64,000 nucleotides of DNA from an uncultured delta proteobacterium (GCA_963704865.1 CAVPIE010000008.1:29357-93356), one strand, 5' to 3'; shown: positions 17,486 to 26,410, numbered from the stretch's first letter. Made by a program: numbers and translations. Notes: generated by a model from the letters alone, not told the origin.

Positions 17486-18632
17486 CTACTCGTCCCGGGC
17501 GTCGCCCGCCGTCTTCTTTTTCTTTTCGGCGTTCATCAAGAGATAGGTTTCGATGAACTCGTCGAGGTCGCCGTCGAGCACCGCGTCCGCATTGTTGACC
17601 TTGTGATCGGTGCGCTCGTCCTTGACCATCGTGTAGGGCTGCAATGTGTACGTGCGAACCTGAGAGCCAAAGGCAATATCGGCCCGGTCGTTCAGAAAGG
17701 CTTCTTCGAACGCCTCCTCCCGCTCGCGCCGCGCTTTCTCGAACAGCAATCCACGAAGCATTTTCATAGCCGTCTCGCGGTTTTGATGCTGCGAGCGCTC
17801 CGCCTCGCAGCGCACGGTAAAGCCGCTCGGGACGTGCTTGATCCGAATGGCGGATTCGGTCCGGTTGACATGCTGGCCACCGGCGCCGCCCGAGCGCATC
17901 GTGCTGACTTCGAGGTCTTCGTCGCGAATCTCGATTTCCCCCTCGGTGAGCTCGTCACCGAGGTCTGGGACGACGCTGACGCCGGCAAACGAAGTATGCC
18001 GGCGCTTGTTGGCGTCGAAGGGGCTGATGCGGATGAGCCGGTGGACTCCGTTTTCGGCGCGGAGGTAGCCGTAGGCGTTGGCGCCGCGAGCGATGAAGCT
18101 CGCGTCTTTGATTCCCGCTTCGTCGCCAGGCTGCTTGCTGAGGAGCTCGGTTTTGAAGCCGCGACGCTCGCACCAGCGGAGATACATGCGCAGCAGAATG
18201 TCCGCCCAGTCCTGGGCCTCGGTCCCGCCGGCCCCCGGATTGATGGTGACGATGGCGTCGGTGTCGTCGTCCTTGGTCAGCATCCGCTTGAGCTCGAGGC
18301 TGCGTACCTCGGCCTCGATCGCAGGAAGCTGCTCGGCTACGTCGGCTACCACGCCCTCGTCACCCTCGCTGGCGGCGAGGTCCAAAAGCTCGAGCAGATC
18401 GTTCGTTTCGCTGTCTACTCGCTCGAATTCCTTGACGGTTTCCTCAGCGGCAGCGCGCTCGCGCATCAACTTCTGAGCACGCTGCTGGTCGTCCCAGAAG
18501 CCCTCGGAGGCACTGACGTTGCTCAGACGGTCGATTTCGTGGCGAAGGCCATCGAGGTCAAAGGTACCTCCCCAGCGCTTGCATGCGCTGTACGAGGTCT
18601 TGAAGTTGTTCGCGGCATTCCCCAGCAGTCAT
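17486..18632 (-). CDS. prfB: Peptide chain release factor 2, expressed via a programmed +1 frameshift
   Basis: Frame 0: ATG 18632 MTAGECREQLQDLVQRMQALGRYL, then TGA at 18560-18558. Frame +1 continues DLDGLRHEIDRLSNVSASEGFWDDQQRAQKL... into track ORF 17486..18469, which contains the SGGAGGQHVNRTESAIRIKH GGQ motif. Confidence 0.9.
18557..18572 (-). promoter_or_regulatory. prfB autoregulatory +1 frameshift site (SD-like GGGAGG, then CTT TGA C)
   Basis: The reverse strand reads GGG AGG TAC CTT TGA C. This is the canonical CUU UGA C slippery/stop context with an internal Shine-Dalgarno-like element 3 nt upstream. Confidence 0.88.
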
Positions 18633-18691
18633 CGCCCTGCGCGCGGACCTACTCCGGTGTCATCGAACTGTCAAAAGGGCCTGAGAGAATC

Positions 18692-18958
18692 GGGGCGCGG
18701 CGGAACGCGACGCGGGGGTGCGACGGACGGGGCGGCGTCGAACGGCTTGTGCTGCCGCGGGTGTTTGGAGGGTCAGGTCTTGGGTGGGTTGGCTGGTACG
18801 GTTTGATTACACCGCCTCGCCCACCCCCACCCGTAATCCTCCCTGGCGCGGCATTCGCTTCGCTCTGCCTTGCCGGCGCTTCGCGCCGGGCTTCGCCCTT
18901 CGGGCTCGCGCTGCCGCCTGCTGCTGGGGAAGGTTGTTGGTTCTGTCACCGTGTCGCG
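18692..18958. repeat. Copy B of the intergenic repeat family (between divergent prfB and the tatT-like gene)
   Basis: Aligns over most of its length with 34173-34422 in the same orientation. The core 18751-18918 is the reverse complement of 6784-6949. Confidence 0.85.
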
Positions 18959-19060
18959 TTCCCCCGCGTCCCGAGCCGTTCTCTGGTTGTACGTTTCGCA
19001 TACGTGCATGGGCACGATTTGGCTTGTGTTCGCAGGGGCTTTCCGGTTCACTTGCCGGCC

Positions 19061-19993
19061 ATGGGCCGTTGTGGACGTTTCGCTCTCGCTGTGTTTGCCG
19101 TCTCGCTCGTCGCTCTGATGGGTTGCGACACCGAGAAGCTTGCGGCAGATTCGACTGCGGCGCTCTTTGGGCGCGCGGCTCCCGGCATCGAGCAGCACTG
19201 GGATTACGACCTCGTCGGGAAGTCGTTTCCGGCGAGCATCATTCAGCTCGAAGGCCTGCTGCGCGTCGTCCCCGACAACGAGATCATCGGCTTGTCGTTG
19301 GTCGGCGCCTACATCGGTTACGGAACCGGTTGGATCGAGGACCGCGTCGAGGTCGCGGACATCGCGGACGACTGGGAAGAGGCCGAGTATCTCCGCCGGC
19401 GCGCGCTGGTGATGTACACGCGGGCCTGGGATCTCTCCAAGCACTTCCTGCGCCTGCGGGACCCGGGTTTCGATGACGCGCTCGAGGGCGGGGTCGACAG
19501 CCTCGAAGCCTGGCTCGACGCCGTGTTCGTCGAAAAGCAGGATGCGGCGATCCTTCTGTGGGCAGGGGCTTCGCTCGGGGCGCGAATCAACATGGGCATG
19601 GAAGACATGGACACGGTGGCGGACCTCCCGCTCGCCAAGGTGATTCTCGGCCACTCGGTCGAGCTCGACCCCGACTTCATGTTTATGATCGGCAAAATGA
19701 CCATGGGCGTGCTTGCGGCCTCGGAGTTCCCACCTGACATGGACCGCGCGAAGCTGATTCTGGACGAGGTGCTCGAGAAGACGGAGCGCCGAAACCTCAT
19801 GGTTCAGATGAACATGGCCCGTCACTACGCCGTGAACATCGGGGACCACAAGCTCTTCAAGGACCTTTTGCAAGAGGTGGTCGATGCGGGCGACGTGCTC
19901 CCCGAAGCACGGCTGTCGAACGCGATCGCGCGGCGCCGGGCGGCGCGATACCTCGGTCAGATCGAGTATTTCTTCAGCGACCTCAGCGAGTGA
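19061..19993 (+). CDS. TatT-like (TRAP-T-associated, TPR-type) lipoprotein
   Basis: In-frame ATG at 19061 within chimeric track ORF 17441..19993. Lipobox LVALMGC. Helical-repeat sequence with ...LLWAGASLGARINMG... and ...RLSNAIARRRAARYL, typical of the TatT family. No TRAP permease genes are nearby. Confidence 0.55.
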   Translation: MGRCGRFALAVFAVSLVALMGCDTEKLAADSTAALFGRAAPGIEQHWDYDLVGKSFPASIIQLEGLLRVVPDNEIIGLSLVGAYIGYGTGWIEDRVEVADIADDWEEAEYLRRRALVMYTRAWDLSKHFLRLRDPGFDDALEGGVDSLEAWLDAVFVEKQDAAILLWAGASLGARINMGMEDMDTVADLPLAKVILGHSVELDPDFMFMIGKMTMGVLAASEFPPDMDRAKLILDEVLEKTERRNLMVQMNMARHYAVNIGDHKLFKDLLQEVVDAGDVLPEARLSNAIARRRAARYLGQIEYFFSDLSE

Positions 19994-20012
19994 GCCACTC
20001 GGGCCGCCAGCC

Positions 20013-20345
20013 ATGCTCATCGTCTTGAACACGCTTGTATCGGCGCTCGTCATCGGCGTCGCTGCGTGGCTCTCTCGACGTTATCCGTCGAGCGCGGGGT
20101 TTCTCATCGCGCTGCCCCTGGCAACGATGCTCGTCTTGCCCCTGGCCTATCTGCAGCACCGCGACCCCGGTAGCGCGTTCCAGATGGCGCGCAGCATTCT
20201 GGTGGCGCTGCCCATCAGCATACTGTTCTTCCTCCCATTTCTGATGCGGGACCGCCTCTCGTTTTGGGGCGCCTACGCCTTGGGATGCGCGCTTCTGCCC
20301 GTCGGCTATTTCGTGCACCGAGCGATCATGAGGGCGCTGAGCTGA
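20013..20345 (+). CDS. Small integral membrane protein (about 4 TM helices; DUF3147-like?)
   Basis: MLIVLNTLVSALVIGVAAWLS...; 110 aa and hydrophobic. In-frame ATG within track ORF 19884..20345. Confidence 0.45.
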   Translation: MLIVLNTLVSALVIGVAAWLSRRYPSSAGFLIALPLATMLVLPLAYLQHRDPGSAFQMARSILVALPISILFFLPFLMRDRLSFWGAYALGCALLPVGYFVHRAIMRALS

Positions 20346-21089
20346 TCAGAGCCCCGCGCCGCCGTGGACGTCGATCGTCTCGCCGGTGAAATAGTCGCAT
20401 TCGAAGATGAACTTCACCGCGCGCCAGATGTCCTCGGGCTGGCCCATTCGGCCGAGCGGCACCGATGCCTTGATCATGTCGAGCGCCTTCTGGTTCATGT
20501 TGGCGGTCATGGAGGTTTCGGTGGCGCCCGGTGCGACGGCGCCGACGCGGATGGCATAGGGCGCGAACTCTTTCATCCAGGTGCGGGTGTTCGCAGCGAG
20601 GGCGGCCTTGGCCGCGACGTAGTTGGTTTGGCCGCGGTTTCCGTGACGCGCGATCGAGGAGATGTTCACGATGACGCCGGGCTCGTCGCGCTCGATCATG
20701 TGCGCGACCACCTCTTGCACCATCAGTGCGGCGCCGGTGAGGTTGATCGCGATGACCAGGTCCCAGTCTTGCCGGGACATCCGCCGGATTTCGCCCGTCG
20801 AGCGGCTCTTGCCGACCCAGAGGCCGTCGCGGATGATGCCTGCGTTGTTGATGAGGGCGTTGAGACCGCCCATTTGTTTCGCAGCCCAGGGGACGAAGCT
20901 CGCGATTTCGTCCTGGTCGGCGACGTTGAGCCTTCGCCGGTGAATGCCTTCGGGGAGGGCGGCCAGCCCTTCCTCGTTGACGTCGCCGACGGCGATCTGG
21001 GCGCCCGCGGCGAGAAGTCGTTTGGCGAAGTGCTCTCCGAGCCCGGAAGCGCCGCCGGTGACGATGACTTTGAGTTTGTCGAGCTCCAT
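20346..21089 (-). CDS. SDR family oxidoreductase (FabG-like)
   Basis: TGGASGLG Rossmann motif, NNAG, and catalytic S...YVAAKAAL (YxxxK). Confidence 0.85.
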   Translation of the reverse strand: MELDKLKVIVTGGASGLGEHFAKRLLAAGAQIAVGDVNEEGLAALPEGIHRRRLNVADQDEIASFVPWAAKQMGGLNALINNAGIIRDGLWVGKSRSTGEIRRMSRQDWDLVIAINLTGAALMVQEVVAHMIERDEPGVIVNISSIARHGNRGQTNYVAAKAALAANTRTWMKEFAPYAIRVGAVAPGATETSMTANMNQKALDMIKASVPLGRMGQPEDIWRAVKFIFECDYFTGETIDVHGGAGL

Positions 21090-21138
21090 AGAGGAGCTTC
21101 CTACTCGCTGAGGTGGCTCGGACGCAAGCCGGTCGGCG

Positions 21139-21963
21139 CTAGAAGGTCCCGCCGAATGACAGGCCGGCGCCCTCCCTAGACACCAACGGGGCCAGCCTCC
21201 AGCTGAATTCGTGACCCGGCATCGGCATCTTGCGGCTGTTGTAGTCCTCCCAGGCCTTTTCGCTCGGGGTCTTGCGAAACGACGTCCCGAAGGTGGCGAG
21301 GCCTACGGCGAAGAAGACCGAGCCGATGACGTAGCCCGACGCCCTGTCCGCGCGGCCCGCGCTGTCGGGAATTGGCGTGAATGCGACGACGAGAACTCCG
21401 GCCAACGCATGGGTGAGCGCGACCCAGCGCACCAAAAGGCGCTCGCCTCGGCGGTGCTCCTGAGACGCCTGAAGCTCGCCCTCGAAGTGTGCGAGCTCGA
21501 CCTTGGTAATGCCTTCTTTGCGCGCTTTCTGCCAGCGCTCGAGACGGTGTCGCTCATGGGAGACGCGGACCGCGACGAACACGCCCGTGGTCAGATCGGC
21601 CATGCCGAGCGTCATGAACATGACGCCGAGGCCGCGCGAATATTGAGTCGATGGGGGCTCTTCGAGGAAACGCCAGGCCGACAGGCCGAGCAAGATCGCG
21701 CCCCCGGTAATCCCGGCGGCCGCTGCGTACTTTTTCTCACGGATCGTTTGCTCCGACGATCGCGTGAGAAGCTCGTCGAGGATCTCCGCGTTGTAGGCGA
21801 GGGCGTCGCGGTCGAAGAGGTCGGGCTCTTGTGTGATCACCTCGGCGTCCGCCTCGACGCTTGCGTTTGTGTCTTGGTCTTCGTCCTGCGCGGCGACGGT
21901 CGCTGGCGAAAGCGAGAGCGAAAGCCACGCGAAAGCGGGAATCAAGGCCGAGATGGGTCGCAT
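21139..21963 (-). CDS. Hypothetical exported/membrane protein
   Basis: Signal peptide MRPISALIPAFAWLSLSLSPATVAAQ, an acidic region, about 4 predicted TM segments, and an ending ...LSFGGTF. No recognisable family. Confidence 0.45.
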   Translation of the reverse strand: MRPISALIPAFAWLSLSLSPATVAAQDEDQDTNASVEADAEVITQEPDLFDRDALAYNAEILDELLTRSSEQTIREKKYAAAAGITGGAILLGLSAWRFLEEPPSTQYSRGLGVMFMTLGMADLTTGVFVAVRVSHERHRLERWQKARKEGITKVELAHFEGELQASQEHRRGERLLVRWVALTHALAGVLVVAFTPIPDSAGRADRASGYVIGSVFFAVGLATFGTSFRKTPSEKAWEDYNSRKMPMPGHEFSWRLAPLVSREGAGLSFGGTF

Positions 21964-22006
21964 GAAGGTCGGCCCTGGATAGCAGTGAGCGACTGTCGCC
22001 GCCAAC

Positions 22007-22834
22007 TTAGCGCTTGTTGCGGTTCTGCAGGAACTGCTTGTGAGCCCGGCTCATCGAATCGTAAAAGCGCTGCGGGGCTGTTCGCTTGAGGCGCCAGGCC
22101 ATCCGGCCCTCTCGCATCGGTTGCACGTAAAGCTTGCCATCGCGTACTGAATCGATGGCGGCCTTCGCAACGCCAGGCGCTTGCACTTTGGAGCGTTCCA
22201 TCCAACGGATGACCTGGGCGTCTTCTTTCTTCGTCGTGGCCCCTCGCATCGCTCCGATGATGTTCGTCCGGAAGAAGGTGGGGCAGACAACCGAGACGTG
22301 GATGCCCTGAGTTTTGTATTCGGCATAGAGGGTTTCGCTCAAAGAAACCACGCCGGCCTTCGTGACGTTGTAGGCAGACATGCTTGGCGGGGCCAAGAGG
22401 CCAGCTGCAGAGGCGACATTGACGATGTAGCCGTGCCCCTGCGCACGCATCTTAGGAATCGCCGCTTGGCAACCGTAGACCACGCCCCACAAATTGATGT
22501 CGACGGCCCAGCGCCAGTCCTCGATCGAGATCTCTTCGAACGGACCACCGACGGCGACGCCTGCATTGTTCGCAATCAGGTCGATTCCCCCGAGCCGCCT
22601 CTCGGCCTCGTTGACCAGGGCAAACACCTCATCACGGTCGGTGACGTCGCATCGAACCGCCTCGGACCGAGCCCCGTTCGCCCGGACGAGCTCAGCGGTC
22701 TCTTCTGCAGATGAAAGAACGATGTCAGAAACGAGCACCGAGGCGCCACGCCCGGCGAGGTCGAGAGCCATGGCGCGGCCGAGACCGCTACCGGCTCCGG
22801 TGATGACCGCTCGAAGCGGTGTGGGGAAAGACAT
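22007..22834 (-). CDS. SDR family oxidoreductase
   Basis: ITGAGSGLGRA, NNAG, and S...YNVTKAGV (YxxxK). ATG at 22834. The track ORF extends to 23002. Confidence 0.8.
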   Translation of the reverse strand: MSFPTPLRAVITGAGSGLGRAMALDLAGRGASVLVSDIVLSSAEETAELVRANGARSEAVRCDVTDRDEVFALVNEAERRLGGIDLIANNAGVAVGGPFEEISIEDWRWAVDINLWGVVYGCQAAIPKMRAQGHGYIVNVASAAGLLAPPSMSAYNVTKAGVVSLSETLYAEYKTQGIHVSVVCPTFFRTNIIGAMRGATTKKEDAQVIRWMERSKVQAPGVAKAAIDSVRDGKLYVQPMREGRMAWRLKRTAPQRFYDSMSRAHKQFLQNRNKR

Positions 22835-22912
22835 GCTCGGAGGGAAGCCCCGAACCGGCTGTTCGTCAAGGCGCTTGCAACAGGACCCACCGATGGTGGA
22901 AGGTCGCAACCG

Positions 22913-24523
22913 ATGAACGACAGTCGAAAGCGAAGTTTCTGGGGCTGGGGCTGGGAGGACAAGTTCCCCGATGCCGCCGCTCGCAAGGCGACAGGCGAGC
23001 ACGCACAGCTGATGCTAGGCTTTGCGCCGGAGCGTTGTGACGAGCCTCCATCGCTCGACGCGATCGAGCTGCGCGCGCCGCGGCTGAGCGTGCCGTCCGC
23101 CCTCGAGGGCGTACTCAGCGACGATCACGAAGCTCGCGTCCGGCATACCTACGGTCGGTCCTACCGCGACATCCTTCGTGGTTTTCGGGCCGACTTCGAT
23201 TCCGCGCCCGACCTCGTTGCGACGCCGCAGACCGAACATGACATCCGCGCCGTGCTCGACTGGGCCTGCGATGCGAACGTCGCCGTGATCCCTTTCGGTG
23301 GCGGGACCAGCGTCGTCGGCGGCGTCGAAGGCGACATCGACGATCGCTACCGTGCGGTGCTGAGCCTCGACCTTGGGCGGCTCGATCGCGTTCTCGACGT
23401 CGAGAAGAGCTCGATGTCGGCTCGCATTGAGGCCGGTGCGACCGGGCCGGCGTTGGAATCGCAGCTTGCAGAGCACGGCCTGACGCTCCGCCACTTCCCG
23501 CAGTCGTTCGAGTTCTCTACGCTTGGTGGTTGGCTTGCCACGCGGGCCGGCGGCCACTTCGCCACCGTGTACACGCACATCGACGACCTCGTACAGTCGA
23601 TGCGAGCCGTCACGCCGAGCGGTCTTTGGGAGTCGCGTCGACTGCCCGGTTCGGGCGCAGGCCCAAGCCCGGACCGCCTCATGCTCGGCTCCGAGGGGAT
23701 CTTTGGCGTCATCACCGAAGCGTGGATGCGGGTGCGGCCTCGCCCGGAGTATCGCGGAACTGCGACGGTGCACTTCAGCGACTACGGGCGCGCGGTCGAG
23801 GCGGTGAGGGTGCTCTCGCAGTCGGGGCTCTATCCGAGCAACTGCCGGCTGCTCGACAAGCGTGAGGCGGCGCTCAACGCCGTCACCCTGGATGGGACGC
23901 ACGTTTTTTTTGTGGCCTTCGAATCGGCCGATCATCCCATTCACGCCTGGATGGATCGGGCGCTCGAGCTGGTCGCCGATCACGGCGGCACCTGCCCGAA
24001 GGGGCCTGCCTATCGGGAAGGGAGCGTGCCAAGTGGCGGCAGCGGTGGCGCCGGGGTCTGGCGGGACGCATTCATCGACGCGCCGTATTTGCTTAACACC
24101 ATGGCGAGCATGGGCGTCGTCGCAGACACGTTCGAGACCGCGTGCACCTGGGACCAATTCGAGCGGCTCCACGGCGGCGTCGTTCGTGAGGTGCGCCGGG
24201 CAATGAAAGATGCGTGCGGGCAGGGCTTCATCAGCTGCCGGTTCACGCATGTCTATCCGGACGGTCCGGCGCCGTACTTCACCTTCATCGCGCCCGGGCG
24301 GTACGGCGTCGAGGCCGAGCAGTGGATGGCGATCAAGAAGGCAGCGTCGGACGCGGTGATCGACTATGGCGGGACCATCACACACCACCATGCGGTCGGC
24401 CGAGTGCATCGGCCCTGGTACGAGAAGCAGCGCCCGTCGCAGCTCGGCGACGTCCTGCGCGCGGTCAAAGGCGTGCTCGACCCCTCCACCGTGATGAACC
24501 CGGGTGTGTTGGTGGAGGTCTAA
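22913..24523 (+). CDS. FAD-linked oxidase, alkyldihydroxyacetonephosphate synthase (AGPS)-like
   Basis: N-terminal FWGWGWEDKFPD motif, PCMH-type FAD-binding segment (...VIPFGGGTSVVGG...), and a C-terminal FAD-oxidase_C-like region ...THHHAVGRVHRPWY. Confidence 0.7.
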   Translation: MNDSRKRSFWGWGWEDKFPDAAARKATGEHAQLMLGFAPERCDEPPSLDAIELRAPRLSVPSALEGVLSDDHEARVRHTYGRSYRDILRGFRADFDSAPDLVATPQTEHDIRAVLDWACDANVAVIPFGGGTSVVGGVEGDIDDRYRAVLSLDLGRLDRVLDVEKSSMSARIEAGATGPALESQLAEHGLTLRHFPQSFEFSTLGGWLATRAGGHFATVYTHIDDLVQSMRAVTPSGLWESRRLPGSGAGPSPDRLMLGSEGIFGVITEAWMRVRPRPEYRGTATVHFSDYGRAVEAVRVLSQSGLYPSNCRLLDKREAALNAVTLDGTHVFFVAFESADHPIHAWMDRALELVADHGGTCPKGPAYREGSVPSGGSGGAGVWRDAFIDAPYLLNTMASMGVVADTFETACTWDQFERLHGGVVREVRRAMKDACGQGFISCRFTHVYPDGPAPYFTFIAPGRYGVEAEQWMAIKKAASDAVIDYGGTITHHHAVGRVHRPWYEKQRPSQLGDVLRAVKGVLDPSTVMNPGVLVEV

Positions 24524-24532
24524 AACCGACGC

Positions 24533-25645
24533 CTAGCGTTCGTTTGCGGCGCGTAGCGCTTCGTCTTTTTGCACCCGGAAGACGACGCCGATGTCGTCCC
24601 CGCTGAGCTTCCACCTGCTCGAGTCACGGCGCCGATTCGGTCCGAATGAATAGATGAAGACCTTGTCACGCGTGTCGTTGCAGCTGGTGCGCACCCAGTA
24701 CGCGGTGCTCCAGGGATCGACGAAAAACTCAGCGCGCTCCGTGGGTAGACCCTGCTGCGTGAGTCGCCTGAAACGGCCGTCGTTCAGCGTATCGCTCTCG
24801 AATAGCTTCGAAATGCTGCTTAGGCGGTCGTGTCTGCCGCACAGGTCTCGCTCCTCCTCGATCAGCGCCCGAAGATCGGGCTCGAGTTCCTGGATCTCGG
24901 TTCGGGCGACCTCGACGACCACCGGATCGGCGGCGAGCTGACCCCGTGACCAGATCGCGCCCCCGAATCCCAAAACCACAACGAGACTCAGAGCCGCAAC
25001 ACAGAAGGTCCACGTGCTCGTCTCGAGGGACTCGTCTCCGAGCGCGCGCAAGCTCGCGATGGAAGCGAAGAGAAACGCGAGTGCCATGCCCGCTTCGACA
25101 AGCTCGCCGGTGTACGGCAACGGGTAGACGACGAGTAGCCCGAGGAGCGCCCCGAAAATCGGTGCGAGACCGAGCGGAGGTGCCGTGATGCCGAGCGTGC
25201 GGAGCGCTTTGTAGGTCGAAGGGACCCGTTCGAGGATCGGAAGAACAAGCCCGTAGCCGATGAGGATCGCGCCGAGGATCTGTTGTCGAAGGCTGGTTGG
25301 AAGGATGTTGTGGAGGTTGAGCTCTAGCTGGTAGTTGTTCTCTAGAAAGTATCGCGGTGGGCTATAGCCGAACAGCCTTTGGCCCCACGAGATCTCCTCG
25401 AGGGCGAACAGTACGCAGAAGAATGCGAGGCCTGCGAAAAACCAGGGCAGGGGGCGTTCCCGGCGTCGGCTGACTGCGGCGCGCGCGAAGAACACGCCTG
25501 CGACCAAGAATGCCCAAACGGTGCACCATTCGAGCGGCTGATCCTCCTGGACGTGCACGTAAAACGCGTCTGGGTTCAACGCGCTTAGCGCGCTGAACCC
25601 AGCTATCAGCACAATGAACGAGACGTTTGCAAAAATCTGAGGCAT
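24533..25645 (-). CDS. Polytopic membrane protein with a C-terminal GspG (type II secretion pseudopilin G)-like domain
   Basis: About 7 hydrophobic segments (MPQIFANVSFIVLIAGF..., EEISWGQ motif). Then a soluble tail FFVDPWSTAYWVRTSCNDTRDKVFIYSFGPNRRRDS...LSGDDIGVVF, resembling the GspG signature DPWGxxYxY...(F/Y)D(L/V)xSxGxDG...DI. Confidence 0.5.
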   Translation of the reverse strand: MPQIFANVSFIVLIAGFSALSALNPDAFYVHVQEDQPLEWCTVWAFLVAGVFFARAAVSRRRERPLPWFFAGLAFFCVLFALEEISWGQRLFGYSPPRYFLENNYQLELNLHNILPTSLRQQILGAILIGYGLVLPILERVPSTYKALRTLGITAPPLGLAPIFGALLGLLVVYPLPYTGELVEAGMALAFLFASIASLRALGDESLETSTWTFCVAALSLVVVLGFGGAIWSRGQLAADPVVVEVARTEIQELEPDLRALIEEERDLCGRHDRLSSISKLFESDTLNDGRFRRLTQQGLPTERAEFFVDPWSTAYWVRTSCNDTRDKVFIYSFGPNRRRDSSRWKLSGDDIGVVFRVQKDEALRAANER

Positions 25646-25669
25646 TCGCGCTCGTCCGACCGGTTACAC

Positions 25670-26410
25670 CTACTTCTTCTTCTTCGAGCTGCCGGAGCCG
25701 CCGCCGCTCTCGTCGTCGACCGTCGGATCTGAATCCTGGCCCGCCTTGCTCTTGCCAGGATTACTGGAGTCGACGCCGTCTACGTTGTTGCCGTGCCCGT
25801 TGTTGCTCTTCCCGGAGTCGCCCATGTCCTTGGCGCCGGAGTCACCCTTGTCCTTGGAGCCGGAGTCGCCCTTGTCCTTGGAGCCGGAGTCGCCCATATC
25901 CTTGGCGCTGGAGTCGCCCTTGTCCTTGGAGCCGGAGTCGCCCTTGTCCTTGGAGCCGGAGTCGCCCATATCCTTGGCGCTGGAGTCGCCCTTGTCCTTG
26001 GAGCCGGAGTCGCCCTTGTCCTTGGAGCCGGAGTCGCCCTTGTCCTTGGAGCCGGAGTCGCCCATATCCTTGGCGCTGGAGTCGCCCTTGTCCTTGGAGC
26101 CGGAGTCGCCGTTGTCCTTGGAGCCGGAGTCGCCCTTGTCCTTGGAGCCGGAGTCACCCTTGTCCTTGGAGCCGGAGTCGCCACCGCCCTTGTCGCCACC
26201 GCTGGAGTCGCCGCCGCCGTTGTTGCTGCCGCCGGAGTCGCCGCCATCGTTATCCCATTCGCTCGCCTCAGGGGCGGTGCCCATGACGCGGTTTCCGAGA
26301 TCGTCGGCTAGAAAAAACATAGAAAAAGGACTCGCGCTGGCCTCCACGAGCCCCAAAAGGCCCACCACCGCTGCGAGTCCAAGACCGATTGTCAAACGCG
26401 AGATTTTCAT
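25670..26410 (-). CDS. Secreted low-complexity repeat protein (16 x GDSGSKDK-type octapeptide, C-terminal KKKK)
   Basis: Signal peptide MKISRLTIGLGLAAVVGLLGLVEASA. The chosen frame has GC3-rich codons (GGC GAC TCC GGC TCC AAG GAC AAG). SD AAAGAGGTG lies upstream of ATG 26410. Confidence 0.7.
   Translation of the reverse strand: MKISRLTIGLGLAAVVGLLGLVEASASPFSMFFLADDLGNRVMGTAPEASEWDNDGGDSGGSNNGGGDSSGGDKGGGDSGSKDKGDSGSKDKGDSGSKDNGDSGSKDKGDSSAKDMGDSGSKDKGDSGSKDKGDSGSKDKGDSSAKDMGDSGSKDKGDSGSKDKGDSSAKDMGDSGSKDKGDSGSKDKGDSGAKDMGDSGKSNNGHGNNVDGVDSSNPGKSKAGQDSDPTVDDESGGGSGSSKKKK
25815..26174. repeat. 15 clean 24-bp tandem units, with a partly 72-bp higher-order pattern, inside the repeat-protein gene
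   Basis: The units are ggagtcgcccttgtccttggagcc (S type) and ggagtcgcccatatccttggcgct (M type). Order read from the sequence: M' S S M S S M S S S M S S' S S. Confidence 0.9.

Noticed and set aside
17441-19060. Upstream portion of the 850-aa track ORF 17441..19993.
   Set aside because: It runs antisense through prfB and then through repeat copy B. A lipoprotein signal with an in-frame ATG at 19061 defines the real gene.
25780-26250. Highly regular repeats that could be mistaken for a CRISPR array, and four alternative long ORFs in other frames or the other strand (25627..26286, 25746..26465, 25793..26311, 25780..26247).
   Set aside because: The units are contiguous 24-mers with no unique spacers, so this is not CRISPR. 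Only the minus-strand frame 25670..26410 has a signal peptide, an SD and genome-typical GC3-rich codons. The other frames are repeat artefacts (PWSRSR, LEPESP and ATPAPRTR runs).
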